DNA of 63,976 nucleotides, the filler included, from Octopus bimaculoides (Eukaryota), in NCBI RefSeq assembly GCF_001194135.2. It is 5 parts of 5 records of this genome, joined end to end, with 100 filler letters (N's around TTAATTAATTAA, not from the genome) between each part and the next. Parts side by side here need not be neighbours in the genome. Positions count along the whole stretch, not along the records: positions 1 to 31,388 come from NC_068985.1; 4 more parts are not named here. The stretch is one strand, 5' to 3'. Made by a program: the position numbers and the translations under genes. This document shows, in pieces, positions 1 through 12,901 of this stretch. Within the stretch, counting starts at the first letter, position 1, and every line of letters starts with the position of its first letter. The notes below the pieces were generated by a model. That model saw nothing but the letters and a program-made list of their open reading frames with translations, did no database searches and had not been told where the DNA came from.

Positions 1-2832
1 ATGATGATGATATATATCATCATCATCGTTTAACGTCTGCTTTCCATGCTAGCATGGGTTGGACGATTTGACTGAGGACTGGTGAACCGGACGTCTACAC
101 CAGGCTCCAATCTGATCTGGCAGAGTTTCTACAGCTGGATGCCCTTCCTAATGCCAACCACTCCAAGAATGTAGTGAGTGCTTTTACATGCGACCAGCAC
201 GAGGGCCAGTCGGGCGGTACTGGCAACGGCCATGCTCAAAATGGTGTTTTTTACGGGTCACCTGCACAGGAGCCTGTCCAGCGGCACTGGAAACGACCTC
301 GCTCGAATGTTTTCTAGCGTGCCACCGGCACAAGTGCCAGTTGGTTGATGTGATGTTGATCCATTATTATATTATGATGTGTTGTGGTAATTCTATGCTT
401 GGTATAATACTACGACATGTTGGGTGGTGTATGTTTATTCGATGTGATTTTGCAATTTATTTTCCTGTATTTTATCTGAAAATTTCTTCAAGGTTGTTCA
501 CCTGAAAACAATGCGTAAACAGTGCCAAAGCAAAAGTAGCCTTTCTCAAATAAAACTCACAAATCAAGTTAGAAAAAAGTATGTCCCTCTTCTACGCAGT
601 GCCGTTGAAGCTCTACCTATATCATTAAAGGTAATTATTGCTCGTTATCTGTATTTTTTTTTTTATCATTTCGTTGTTTTTAGATAGATCCTGGTATGGC
701 TGGTTGGTAAGAAGTTTGCTTTCCAACAACAAGACTTGGGGTTTTGTCCCACTGTGTGGTACCTTGGGCAAATGTCTTTTTACTATAGGCCTAGGTAAAG
801 AAACTCATTGTGAGTGGATTTGGCTGGCAGAAACTGAAAGAAGCCCATTGTCTGTGTGTTTGTGTGTCCTGTCGCCATTTGACAACCTGTGTTGGTTTGT
901 GTATATCCCTATCACTTAGTGGTTTGTCAAAAGAGACCAATAGAATAATCGACAGCATTGATTTTCAAGTAAAACCATTAAAGGCGGTGCCCTGGCATGA
1001 CCACAGACCAGTGGCTGAAACAAGTAAAAGATTAAAGTTTATTATGTTCCAAACTCCAAAATTCTTCATAATTTTCCAAATTTATTGAAACAGTCGTTCT
1101 GCATTTCAATAAAAGAGTTAAGAGTGAAATGTCTCTTTATTCCTTTTTCTCTTTTTTGCAAGTTATCAGTTTATCAATTTATTTATTCTTTTACCTTTCA
1201 GGCTGAAAACAAGAAAAACCAACCAAATAAGAAAACTTTACAGAGTAGCAAAGCTTAAATAAATTACATCACTAACATCACACTGAGTCATATTCAGACT
1301 TTTTTCATCACACGTACAGTCAAGTAAAATCAAAATCAAATCAAGTCAAATCACGATCAAATGGAAATTGTAGTTGTGGCCGATGCCAGTGCCACCTGAT
1401 TGGCTCCTGTGCCAGTAGCACGTAAAAAGCACCATCCAAACATAGTCGATGCCAGTTCCCCCCTCCCTCTCGCTGGCTCCCGTGCCAGTGGCATGTAGAA
1501 AGCACCCACTACACTCTCGGAGTGGTTGGCGTTAGGAAGGGCATTCAGCTGTAGAAACTTTGCTAGATCAGATTGGAGCCTGGTGCGGCCTCCTTGCTTG
1601 CCAGTCCCCAGTCAAATCGTCCAACCCATGCCAGCATGGAAAACGGATGTTAAATGATGATGATGATGATGATGATGATACACATGCACACACTCTCTTT
1701 CTCTCACATATATAAGGTGGTGAGCTGGCAAAACCATTAGCTAGACAAAATTCTTAACCACGTTCTTAGTTCAAATTCTGCCGAGGTTGACTTTGCCATT
1801 CATCCTATCAGAGTCAATAAAATAAGCACCAGTTGAGCAGTGGAATTGATGTAATTGACTAAGCCCTCTCCCCTAAAAAATTTTTAGGACTTGTACCTTA
1901 GTATAAAGGATTGCTGTTTAACAACTACTACACATTTAATTATCAGGGGTGTTATCCTAAAGTTTAGTGATAAGTCTCCCCAAATTTCAAGAGTCTTATT
2001 TAGTATTCTTCAAGCTGTATATGCATGCATGCATATATATGTGTGTGTGTGTGTGTGTGTGTATAAATAAATATATATATACGTATATGAGTGATGCCAG
2101 TACCACCTGACTGAAATTCAGTTTTGCCATTAATCAATAAATAAAGCTTTTACAATTTGCAAATTTCCGGTAATTTTAGTCAATCAAAAGCCACAGACAT
2201 ATAGGTGCCTGTTTCTATAGTAACAAGCCAAGCTACTTTCTACACATTCTTTTTGTATCTTATTAAATACTTAAAATACATGTGGTATGAGGTGGTCATG
2301 AGATGTGCTAAAAATAACAGCTGAATAAGCTTTAAATCACACCATTTTTTTTTTCCATAATCGAATGAATTCCTGTGTGTAGAATAGAAATTCGCAAAAT
2401 TTTCTGAAAATTCTCCAAAATAAGAGTTATGAGTTATGGCCACAGGTCAATCAATGATTGAAACCAGTAACAGTGAAGAGTATAGAAAAGTAGAAGAAAA
2501 ATGTTCTTGTAATGTAAGTTCTTCAAAGAATCCTCCCCCAACACAGTTTTCCAAGATCTAGTTCCATGTTTAGTTAATGAGACAAGGAAAATAGAAATAC
2601 ATAGAACTGTGCTTTGTCTGCCTCACTCTGAATTATTTGCAGTGGATTTCAGCACAAGACCTAAAGATTTGTCCTATATTAGTTTCATCATTTAACGTGT
2701 GCTTTCCATGCTGTCATGTGTTTAATGGTTTGACAGGAGCTGGTAAGCCAAAGGACAGCACTTAACTCAACTGTCTGCTTTGGCAAGGTTTCTACAGTTG
2801 GATGCCCTTCTTAATACCAACCAAAAACTATG

Positions 2833-2951
2833 ATGCTTACAGCACCCAGGCTTCCCAAGCAGTCACCCATCTAAGTTTTAACTAGGTTCAGCATTGCTTA
2901 ACTTTGGGGATCGGATGAGAACCAGTGCTTTCAACATGATGTGGCTATAAG
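2833..2951 (-). pseudogene. 5S rRNA pseudogene, about 119 nt
   Basis: The reverse complement reads cttatagccacatcatgttgaaagcactggttctcatccgatccccaaagttaagcaatgctgaacctagttaaaacttagatgggtgactgcttgggaagcctgggtgctgtaagcat. This is colinear with animal 5S rRNA, with many CpG-to-TpG/CpA changes. It is a single copy with no array. Confidence 0.88.
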
Positions 2952-3245
2952 GTTTAAAGTTAGTAATGGAAAAGTAGTATTCAAGACCCTTTTGAAACTG
3001 TCGAGAGGAAAGAAAATGTCTTCAGAAAAGAGAATGAATGCTTTCAACAGAGCAGGCTTCACTAAAAGCATACAAAGACTAAGAGGTCCTTGTATAGTAT
3101 AGACACGGCAGACTTTGCACAGTTTCTACCTACCAAATTTGGCTCACAAAGCTTAGATTAGACCAAGACTAAGTAGAAGATACTTTAACAAGGTGTGTAC
3201 AGTAGGATTGAACCTGAAATCACATTGTTGTGAAGCAAACTTTAA

Positions 3246-3649
3246 CCCTTCAGCATTCATATTATTCTGTCAAAGGTTAGCATGCTGGATGAAATGCTTA
3301 CTGGTATTTCGCCCGTTGCTACATTCTGAGTTCAAATTCCACTGAAGTCGACTTTGCCTTTCATCCCTTCGAGATCAATAAATAAAGTACCAGTTGAACA
3401 CTGGGGTCGATGTAATCAACTAATCCCCTCGCCCAAAAACTTCAGGCCTTTAAAGTATTATTCTGTGAAAGGTAATGCATTTTTATTCACATTGCTTTGA
3501 ATGATGCATTATCTTGTAGCTATGAAATTTTGATGAGGTAACAGTTAATTTTTTAGAATGACATTGTAGGGTAGGCGTGAGAGACCAGATCTGGTTTGTT
3601 TGAACATAAAATGAGGAGAATATTTTGTCTGGTTTGAATTATTAAAGGC
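3246..3649 (+). mobile_element. TTAA-flanked piggyBac-type MITE interrupted by a SINE
   Basis: TTAA|CCCTTCAGCATT ... ATTAAAGGC|TTAA. A SINE at 3278-3455 is flanked by TATTATTCTGT(C/G)AAAGGT direct repeats. Confidence 0.65.
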
Positions 3650-3763
3650 TTAATCACCCAGCCATCTAGCTATGCTACTGTAGTAAATTCTTAAGCATCT
3701 GTCAGAAATTTGGGAAGAATTTCAAAATCATTTGTCATTTACTCTATGTCAGACACTTAGTTG

Positions 3764-4202
3764 TTGTTTAGTCCCAGATCAAGCATGAATATTCTGTCCT
3801 TTTCTCATGTATTGTGTATCAAGGACTATCTTATCTGTTGTTTTCAAGGTGGTAAGATAATTTGAGAGTGTTCTGGTTGCTATTTCTACATTGTGACTCC
3901 CAAACTAATTGTTACATCTAGAACAGACCCTGACATCAATTAGATCAATCATAGAGGGAATTTCCTACTTATTCATTCTACCTCTTCTTGGTATAATTGT
4001 AAAGACCAAAAGATTCGTGCTTTTCCCTCTGACAAGACCATCATCAAACTGCTAGAAATAGCGACCGAATCTCCCTCAAACCTCAGCTGGCTTAGAAATG
4101 GATAGGCATTGGGTAAATGTGACCCAAGATATACTGCCCAATAAAGGGTGGGATGGTCATGGCTGGAACGTCTTTGATCAGGGCTGACCTGTGACTAAAC
4201 AA
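3764..4202. mobile_element. Fold-back/MITE-like element with long imperfect inverted arms
   Basis: TTGTTTAGTCCCAGATCA ... TGACCTGTGACTAAACAA ends, plus internal GTTGCTATTTCTA / TAGAAATAGCGAC. Single arms recur at about 11822-11985, 13075-13250, 20815-21000 and 53930-54400. Confidence 0.55.
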
Positions 4203-4349
4203 AAACCTTCATCTTCAAAGGTCATATGAAGCAGAAAGTGCAAAGAGAGAGGTGTAGTGAAACTACCTATCGCCATTAGATACAAAACTGCTATCGCCAT
4301 TCTTCTCATTTAAATATAAACAAGCGCGGGCATAGCGGAAAACATCAAC

Positions 4350-4455
4350 CTTGTCATCACGTGACTGATCACTATTCGAATCGGCAACTTCTTTGAACCG
4401 TTCCCGCCAGAACGCAAACTGACCAATCACGGCCCCTAATAAGGTCATGTGATAG
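4350..4455. promoter_or_regulatory. Housekeeping-type promoter motif cluster
   Basis: TCACGTGA E-box at 4357-4364, TTCCCGCC (E2F-like) at 4401-4408, GACCAATCAC (NF-Y CCAAT box) at 4421-4430 and TCATGTGA at 4445-4452, all within a CpG-rich patch. Confidence 0.5.
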
Positions 4456-6399
4456 AGTATTTTTCTGTTGTCTGGTGAGCCTATTATCAACCATAAAAGT
4501 AGCTTTAATTCAGCGGCAAATTTGTCTCGGTTCAGTTTCCCTTTGAGATCTGTTCCGTGTACCACAAGACGACAGCAGCCAGCGACACATCAACAGCTTC
4601 GTCCAACGATGACCACCAACGACGCCGCCACATCAGCAACACGAGTCTACAACTACTAACCAGCATCATCATCATGACCAACACGATTCTACGATTACTA
4701 CTAACCAGCATCAATCTCCACCAGCGTCTACACGACTTTCTATGTACACCAAAGAAAACCACGGCGGCACATCTCTCTCTTCGATTCTGTTAGGTGATTC
4801 ATATTCACCACGATAAATAAACAGACAAGAGAATTTCAGCCAGCGACGAACATCTGTATAACGAAGAATCTGCCCTGGCATCGAAGCCAAAACACAACTA
4901 GTGATAAGCTCTGCCAAACATACGCCTCACTTCTTTCACATACAGACTCATACTAATGTGTACTCTAAGAACTGGTATAAATGCTCACGGTTACTGACTC
5001 TCTNNNNNNNNNNNNNNNNNNNNNNNNNNNNNNNNNNNNNNNNNNNNNNNNNNNNNNNNNNNNNNNNNNNNNNNNNNNNNNNNNNNNNNNNNNNNCATAC
5101 ATGTATCACTCACATACACACTTTTCTTTGTACGACGGCCTGTCTTTGATTATGTTCTTCTATGTCACATTCACACTCTCACATACACATACATCTTTAA
5201 AGCTACAATAAATATTTCTGTTATTCATTTTATACGGTTGTGTTTATTATCTTTTATCGTCTCATTACTGGCTATTTATGTTATCGTAGTATAACATATT
5301 TGTATATCATCAATGATATATATATTTTGTGTTCGACCGTGTGACGCGTTTAAATAAAAGGAGTCCTGTTTTCCCATTCGTCACCATTTCTCCTTTTTGA
5401 GTTCGCACGGTCGTCCTTACAGAGGGGTGAGAATACTGTCTTTGGGTCAATTTTACAAAGTTATGAAAAGAAACACCAGAAATCAAATAAAATTGCAAAT
5501 TCACAAAAATCTGTAAATAAAATTTGCAAAACCGATTTTGTACGCCAGGAGGAAAAAAAGGGAATTTTTAACTTTTTAAGCAAGTTCTACGAGGAATTGA
5601 GAAATAATTACGAGTGTTTGACAGTTGAAATAAGGAATTTGTTGGTCCAATCTCGACTGTGGTATTAACATCAAACGATAAAATAATGACAAAGGAATTA
5701 CGGTATGAAACTTAAAAACGTCTCTACAAACACTGAGAAAGTTTGGTTCCCCAACAAGTTAATGAAGTTCTGATATAAAAGGCTGTTATTTCTAAAAGAG
5801 CAAATCCTCCAGGGAGCAATCATACCTTTTCATTTGTCTGAGAGTAATGAGGTCGTAATTCACTAAATCTACCTCTGTAACACCCAGACAAAATAAATCA
5901 ATATTTTACTCGAGGAAAAGGTGAGCATAGCATAGCTAAGTCTATAACACAAATTCAGACCCCCTGAAACTATTTCACTTCTCAAACCTCGCTAAATTAT
6001 GTGGAAAAGACAGGAGCATTATAGATACCGTTTATGCATTCTCTTAAAACACAGAGATTCTATACTTGGTCAGAAAAGATTTCTCGGAGAGAAAGACAGG
6101 AATAAAACATTTTTGAAAATATAAATTTTGTGGACAAAATAATTTCTTTCAGAATAGTAATTCTTATTGTACAAGACGCAGAAATACAATTGCTTTCCCT
6201 ATGAGAGGGATAGTTGTTCAAAACTTCCGTCCTTTAGTGGAACACACTCTCTTGAAAGCATTTAGGCAAGGTCCGATCTGAGGACAATTTCTTCCCAGAA
6301 ACGTTTAAGGCCCTGAATAGAGTCTTTAGCGCTGTTCTTCGCCCTCTGGCATTTCAAACAAGTGCCCGTGCCGCTGGTAACGGTTTTCACTAAGGTTAT

Positions 6400-6710
6400 A
6401 TGCTTAGTGGGTTTCATATTTATTATGGTAATGAAATGTTATATCGAGACGTTCCAATCCATTCTAAAAGAATTAGCAATATATAAGACAGCGAACAGAA
6501 ACCAGTAAGTTTAGCGAGGACAGAAATAGACAAACAGATCGATCTCTTTCAATCACCATAATCTTAAATCTCTTCTCAATGTCAGGCGAGTTCTGAAGTA
6601 AGGGGAATAACTCTCGACTAACCTCCACTTGTCCCAACTGTTCTCAGCAAAGGAGAACAGTGACCTTGGCACTCCAACCTGACTGACTTAACCTTTCTCC
6701 ACCGAGGACA
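6400..6710 (+). promoter_or_regulatory. Putative PDHX promoter/5'UTR
   Basis: CpG-retaining region directly upstream of the ATG; TATA-like TATATAAG at 6480-6487. The transcription start is not determinable from sequence. Confidence 0.4.
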
Positions 6711-6837
6711 ATGTTGTTAGCTCATCTTCGGTTTGGTATGGGTCGTACCCTTGGCCAGTTTACCCGTACCATCAGAAACGAGCCTAGCTTGACCGTTTTG
6801 GCGAGGAGGCTGTTCCACCGAGATCGAACACTTCGTG
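6711..6837 (+). CDS. PDHX: PDHX-like gene, coding exon 1 (mitochondrial presequence)
   Basis: ATG at 6711 opens MLLAHLRFGMGRTLGQFTRTIRNEPSLTVLARRLFHRDRTLR (9 Arg, 2 acidic residues) and ends at a G|GTAAGT donor in phase 1. Splicing to 20693 gives ...[22 protein letters not shown], parallel to vertebrate PDHX (...[23 protein letters not shown], recalled). Confidence 0.85.
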
Positions 6838-8097
6838 GTAAGTTCATTTATTTGCCTCAATCACTTGTTACTCTTTGTTAGAAAAGACACTCAATTAAAT
6901 ACAAAAGTCATAACTATTAGTATTTTGATAGAACCTGTTTAATGTTTAATATAACTGGATCTATTAAACCGTAGGGTTGAGTGATCGCTAACACAAAACT
7001 GTTCTTTCTTTCAGATGATATTTCTCTCCTATAATACACCTGTTTCTCCATTTGTCTGTTTCTGTCCTTTTATGTAGATATTATAGCCTCTCTGTGTCTC
7101 TATTTCTTGGTCCAGCTATCTCCCTAACTCTTCGACTGTCTATCTAACTGCTTCTAGATAGGAAATACATAATTCACACAAACAGACAGATTAAATTTGT
7201 TTCAATCCTATAAGTACCAAACGCTTTTGAACGATATGTCCTAACTGAGAACATCGTTCGGCGACTAGATCCGAGAGGTCGAACTTGTGTTTCACCTTCT
7301 CTGCATATTGTGCATTAAGGTAAAAAATTCCAGCGTCTAATCTAACCCTTTATTCATAGTAAATTAAGAAATACTGCTTTACAAATATAAGTATGTGTAG
7401 ACGCAGGCTTGCCATCACAAATGCAAGGTTATATAAACTCTAAGAATGGAAACCTGTAAACACTCAAAGACGTTTGCTGTAGAATAGTCCATCGTATTCC
7501 AAACAGTTTAAGCAATACCATATTAGTTTTTCAAATGAATGAAGGAAAAGAGTAAAATTATCAATTGATAAATGAAAGAAAAGGAACCGACGTTTTAAGT
7601 TACATTTCTTCGGGTTTGTTAATGTGGGCGAAGAAAATTTATTGGAGATCTACTTTATTAAAGGGCATGGGTGTGAATAACGTATATAATCTAATGTATT
7701 TTTAAGCGGTATACATTTACAATAACGTCGGCTAAACTAAAAATTCTAGAAAGTGAAGTCATTGTGATGTTTTTATTGTAGAATATTATTATTTTCAAAT
7801 TATAACTTACTTTTAACTTTCAATTCAATAATGTGTTAATATTCTCTCGCACAAGAACACAGTAGTATTTAGTGTGACTCTACTGACTTTTTGTCTCTGT
7901 ATCATCGGATCCTCTGTTCCGAAAGAAAAGCAGAGATGTTCAGTATTCAAAATACAGTATGTGTTAAGAAGCGGTATACAAAGTAAAACTTTTCATTAGA
8001 TAATATTCGGAGATGTAAGCGGAGACATCGATATAATTAACGCATGAACTAAGGCTTAATTAGTTAATCGGTTAATATGTAGTTTAACATCCAGTCT

Positions 8098-8257
8098 CCA
8101 AAACAAACAAAAAAACAGTCTAATAGGTGTAAAAAAACGCGTAGAAAACGAATATGGAAACAAAAATTTGCACAAACGAAAGAGGCTGGAAGAGGACTTT
8201 CGTTTACTACACATTCTTTTTACACCTATTAGACTGTTTTTTTTTTTTTTGTTTTGG
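8098..8257. repeat. Inverted repeat (about 55-bp arms, 46-nt spacer)
   Basis: AAAACAGTCTAATAGGTGTAAAAA pairs exactly with TTTTTACACCTATTAGACTGTTTT; the flanks pair imperfectly. Confidence 0.85.
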
Positions 8258-11200
8258 TAACCCTGTGTTAAACTATATATTAACTAATTATTCAATATTC
8301 TTACTCGTTCCCAACATCGTGTTGTGTTCTGCCCTAATTCCTATGACAAATAAGGCCCTGTTTAAAACTCGCTTTCTGTTTTGGGTGGGGCTCTATTTCC
8401 CTGTATAAGGTTAGATATAAGCCAAGGCTAGTATGCTAGAGAACATTTATATAACAATTAAAATACAATGCATAATTTAAGGTTCAATATAACGTACGAA
8501 AACTAACTGCCCTATATTAAGAAGCCAGTCTGTCTGCCTACTCAGCTGTAATTCATTATGTCTTCTTGGCCACACAATATGTTCTCCCAAATGTTTTGCT
8601 ATACACCTACACACATTTCTCCCTCTCTTTCTCCCTGTCAATGGTATTGTTTCTACCATACTGCTAGCATCTCTGTAGCCTCACCAACTTGTGCACCTCA
8701 TCACCATTGTGATACATCTAATTTACTCTCACCCTCTCTCCTAAATATGAATTGCTATGTAGCTCCTCTGCAAGGACCTGCTATACTCCAACACTCCCTG
8801 GATTTGTTGACATGGTGACCTCAATTGTGCCAGTGACCTGCAAAAATGCATCCAGTACATACTGTTAAGTGGTTGACATTAGGAAGGGCATCCAGCTGCT
8901 GAAACCATATCAAAACAGTCACTGGTGTTTGATGCAGTCCTTGACTCATTGTCAAACTGCCCAACCCATGCCAGCATGGAACATAGATGTTTACTGATGA
9001 TGATGTATATTTATATTATCAATACAGAAGTTTATTCATAGTATGAATTTCACGTTTCACATTAGCAGTTATATAGTTTTCTATAACATATCTTCACACC
9101 TACTTGAAAATTTAAGGGCTGATAGACTGAGTACTTATGGATTCTTTCATGACCATTTTGATCCTGTTGTTCCATTTGTGCTTCCATATCACCATCATAG
9201 GTATTTCTTAAATAAGAAAGGTACCAAAGCAGCAATGGGCACCTTCACCACTGTCATCATCTCTGTTCCAAGTGGCTCAAGTTTAGGCTTATTTGGGTCT
9301 GCTTGAGCCAAACTTCCAATCCCTTTTCTTGGAATGACAGCAGTGTTACTCCCACACAAAGCAACACAAAGCTTGCAATTTCTGTTGTTGACTTATAGTT
9401 TCTTTTATACCACATTTGCTGATTTCTAGAATAGAGTAATGGTCAAGACTTCACAGGCCTTATTTTAATAGTTTGAAATATTCCTTCCACATTCTCCCAC
9501 TTTAAGGAATGCCACCAATATTCGATAACTGATGACAGTCACTGTCATCATGAAATTTAGGAGTGTTGTCTTACACTAAAATCTTAGGCACATTATTCAT
9601 CATCGTCATTATTCTGAGAGAAAATTACTTGCAACATTGTACTTATTGTTTTATCATGGAAGTTTTCAAAACCTACATTAATCCATTACTATAAATATGG
9701 CAATGATTTATGTGTATCAGATCACAAAATGTTTCTGGAACTTGTTGAACAATCTGCAACGTATCACTTTTGTGTAGTGTGTGAATTTATCATTAACATC
9801 ATCCAACTTGTGTCTCTTGGTTTCATAGTCAAGTGTAACCATGAGAGTCTTCTAATGTGAAGAATGGTTTTTTTCCTTTGATATATGCATTTATTGAAAT
9901 GAATTTCTGTTTGATAGTGCACATCAGTATGCTCAAAGACATAAGCCTTATAAGCTGATATTGCAGTCTTTGATGCTAATGACAATTTAATTAGCAGCAA
10001 TGTGTAGCAATGTGAACTTCTAAAAAGCAGCCAATAGCTCTGAAATGGAGTTGGTGTTAATATCTAAAAAATGCTGTACAGGACAATTACTGGAGTATGG
10101 AGTGGATGGGTAATGCAGGTGACCAGGTCTTTTCATCATTTAACATCCTCTCTCTCCATGCTGACATGGGTTAGATGGTTTGACTGGAGCTGATGAGCTG
10201 TAGAGCTGCACCAGGTTCCAGTTTGATTTGGCATGGTTTCTACAGCTGGATGCCCTTCCCGTCACCAACCACTCCAGGATTGTAATGGGCACTTTTGCAT
10301 ACCACCAGCACAAGTGCCATTTACATGACACCAGCACATCCACAACTATGATTTCACTTGACCTGATGAGTCTTGTCATGCACAGCATATCACCAGAGCT
10401 CTCGGTCATTTGTCATCACTATGATCTTTGAGGCCCAATGCTCAAAGATCATACTTTTCTTCTCTGAATTTGTGGCCTTGTGCTTCTGTAAGAAATCAGT
10501 ATCTCCAAAGTAGCATATCTTGGCTCTGGTACTCATAAACACATGCTGAGAGATTTGAAGCAAATCTTATCCATTTTATTACTAAATTTCTCTTGAAATA
10601 CATTACTGCTGTTTCAATTAATTTTGAAAATAATTAATAGTTTAGTAAAATCATCATCATTTAACATCCGCTTTCCATGCTAGCATGGGTTGGACGATTT
10701 GACTGAGGACTGGCGAACCAGATGGCTGCACCAGGCTCCAATCTGATCTGGCAGAGTTTCTACAGCTGGATGCCCTTCCTAACACCAACCACTCCGAGAG
10801 TGTAGTGGGTGCTTTTACGTTCCACCGGCACGAAGGCCAGTCAGGTGGTACTGACAACAGCCATGCTCAAAATTGTGTTTTTTACGTTCCACCTGCACAG
10901 GAGCCAGTCCAGCGGCACTGGCAATGACTTCGCTAGAAGGTTTTTTCACATGTCACTGGCACAAGTGCCAGTAAAGTGACACTGGTAATGATCACGCTCG
11001 AATGGTTTTTTTACGTGCCACCAGCACGGAAGCCAGACAGCTGCTCTGGCAATGATCACGCTCGGACGGTGCTGTTAGCGCACCACTGGCACAGGTGCCA
11101 TCATTTAGCTGGTGTTTGAAAAAAAGGTAACTTCAAATTTTTGTGGAAGGTTTTACTTAGATCTCTTTAAAACAAGAAGGCTATAATACAGAATCTGTAA

Positions 11201-12762
11201 GTTTGTATCAAAAGTGTTGTTCCTAGCACCATAATTCCCTTGGACTTGTTTACAGATAAAATCTACAATCTCCTACTATTTGTTAAAAACAATACACAAA
11301 CAAAATTATTGTTTTTAAAGTTATTGTCATATTAATAATGCAATAGATCAATACTGTGTGATTTATAAACCTTATCATGTGGTCTCTCCAAGCAAACAGC
11401 TAATACAAGAGAGATAATCATTTCTTCATAATATTTGGTGGGATTTGAAGTTTTGGATTTTGCAGTTAAGGAATAAGAAAAATGAGACATAGAGTAAGCA
11501 TATCTATCTATTTAGTTTGCTTACTTATTATTAAGTTCTAAACATTTCTAGTCAGTGGTAATTATGTATAGTACTCTTTCATTCTTTTTAGAAATTATAA
11601 AGCATACCATTTGTTTCTTTTCCTTTGAAAATGACTAAACTGAATGATTCAATTATTGCTCAGGAAACATCTTGACTTATGCATTTGGTTACATGGCTTA
11701 GAAGGAACATTTCCCAGCGCCATTCATTATCTGTTTGCAAATCTTCAGCAAAATCATGACATCTATAGATAAAGTTCTTTCTGATTCTAGAAGTTTTCAC
11801 CCATCAGAAAAGGTTTGTATGAATCAGTGTGTAGAAATAGCAGTCAACTCTCCCTCAAATCACACTCTGTCATCTTGAAATTGGAAGAACACAGTTGACA
11901 AAATATCAGGATGGTCATGATTGGAATGCTTTCTGGTTATAGGTTTGCACAATTTGAGTTGATCTAAGACTGAATAACAACAACATTAGCTAAGGGGATG
12001 TGTGTGTATTAGAGAGAGAGAGAGATGTCAGGTTTCTTTCAGTTTCCATCTACCAAATTTACTCACATAGCTTTGGTCAGTCCAGACCACAGTAAACGAC
12101 ATTGCCCAAGGTTGTGTACAATGAGATTGAACCCAAGACCATTTAGTTTGGAATCAAATTTCTTAACTACACAGCCACATAGTTACATTCAATGTATGTT
12201 TGGTCTACTAAAATAATTTCAAATCAAACTCCAAGAGAAAACATAAGAATTGTGCTTTTGTCTGATTTAATTCTCTTTTAGCCAGGATTATGCTTGCTGT
12301 TCATTGTTCTATTATGAGTTACGTTAGTCTTCTTCATCATCATCATCGTTTAACGTCCACTTTCCATGCTAGCATGGGTTGGACGATTTGACTGAGGACT
12401 GGTGAACCAGATGGCTGCACCAGGCTCCAATCTGATTTGGCAGAGTTTGTACAGCTGGATGCCCTTCCTAATGCCAACCACTCCGTGAGTGTAGTGGGTG
12501 CTTTTACGTGCCATATTTATATTTATCTTATAATACGAAATGTATTTCTGAAGGCAACGAGCTGACAGAATTGTTATCACCGAGGTCGACTTTGCCTTTC
12601 ATCCTTTCGGGGTCGATAAAATAAGTACCAGTTGCTCACTGGGGTCGATATAATCGACTTAATTCGTTTGTCTGTCCTTGTTTGTCCCCTCTGTGTGTAG
12701 CCCCTTGTGGGCAGTAAAGAAATAAGAATTGTTATCATGCTGGAAAAAATGCTTAGTGGCAT

Positions 12763-12901
12763 CACTAGCATAACTAGAATGTGTGCCACCCAGGGCAGCC
12801 TTTCTGTTTGCCGCTCCCAGATCCCACAAAAATCACATATTACCTGCAGCAGACCCAAAAGTGGTGCCCCTTTCAAAGTGCTGCCCCTAGCTACGCTAGT
12901 G
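12763..12901. mobile_element. hAT-type MITE, 139 bp
   Basis: 15-bp TIRs (CACTAGCATAACTAG and reverse complement CACTAGCGTAGCTAG, 13/15 matching) with a perfect 8-bp TSD AGTGGCAT at 12755-12762 and 12902-12909. Confidence 0.85.

Noticed and set aside
1032-2513. Short candidate exons: 1202-1258 plus (AENKKNQPNKKTLQSSKA*), 1032-1098 minus (TTVSINLENYEEFWSLEHNKL*), 2436-2513 plus (MATGQSM...CSCN)
   Set aside because: Each has only one good splice signal, they conflict in strand, and none has recognisable homology; such matches are expected by chance in AT-rich DNA.
4263-6420. A head-to-head APIP gene as in vertebrate PDHX loci
   Set aside because: No APIP-like peptide was seen in the minus-strand frames I read.
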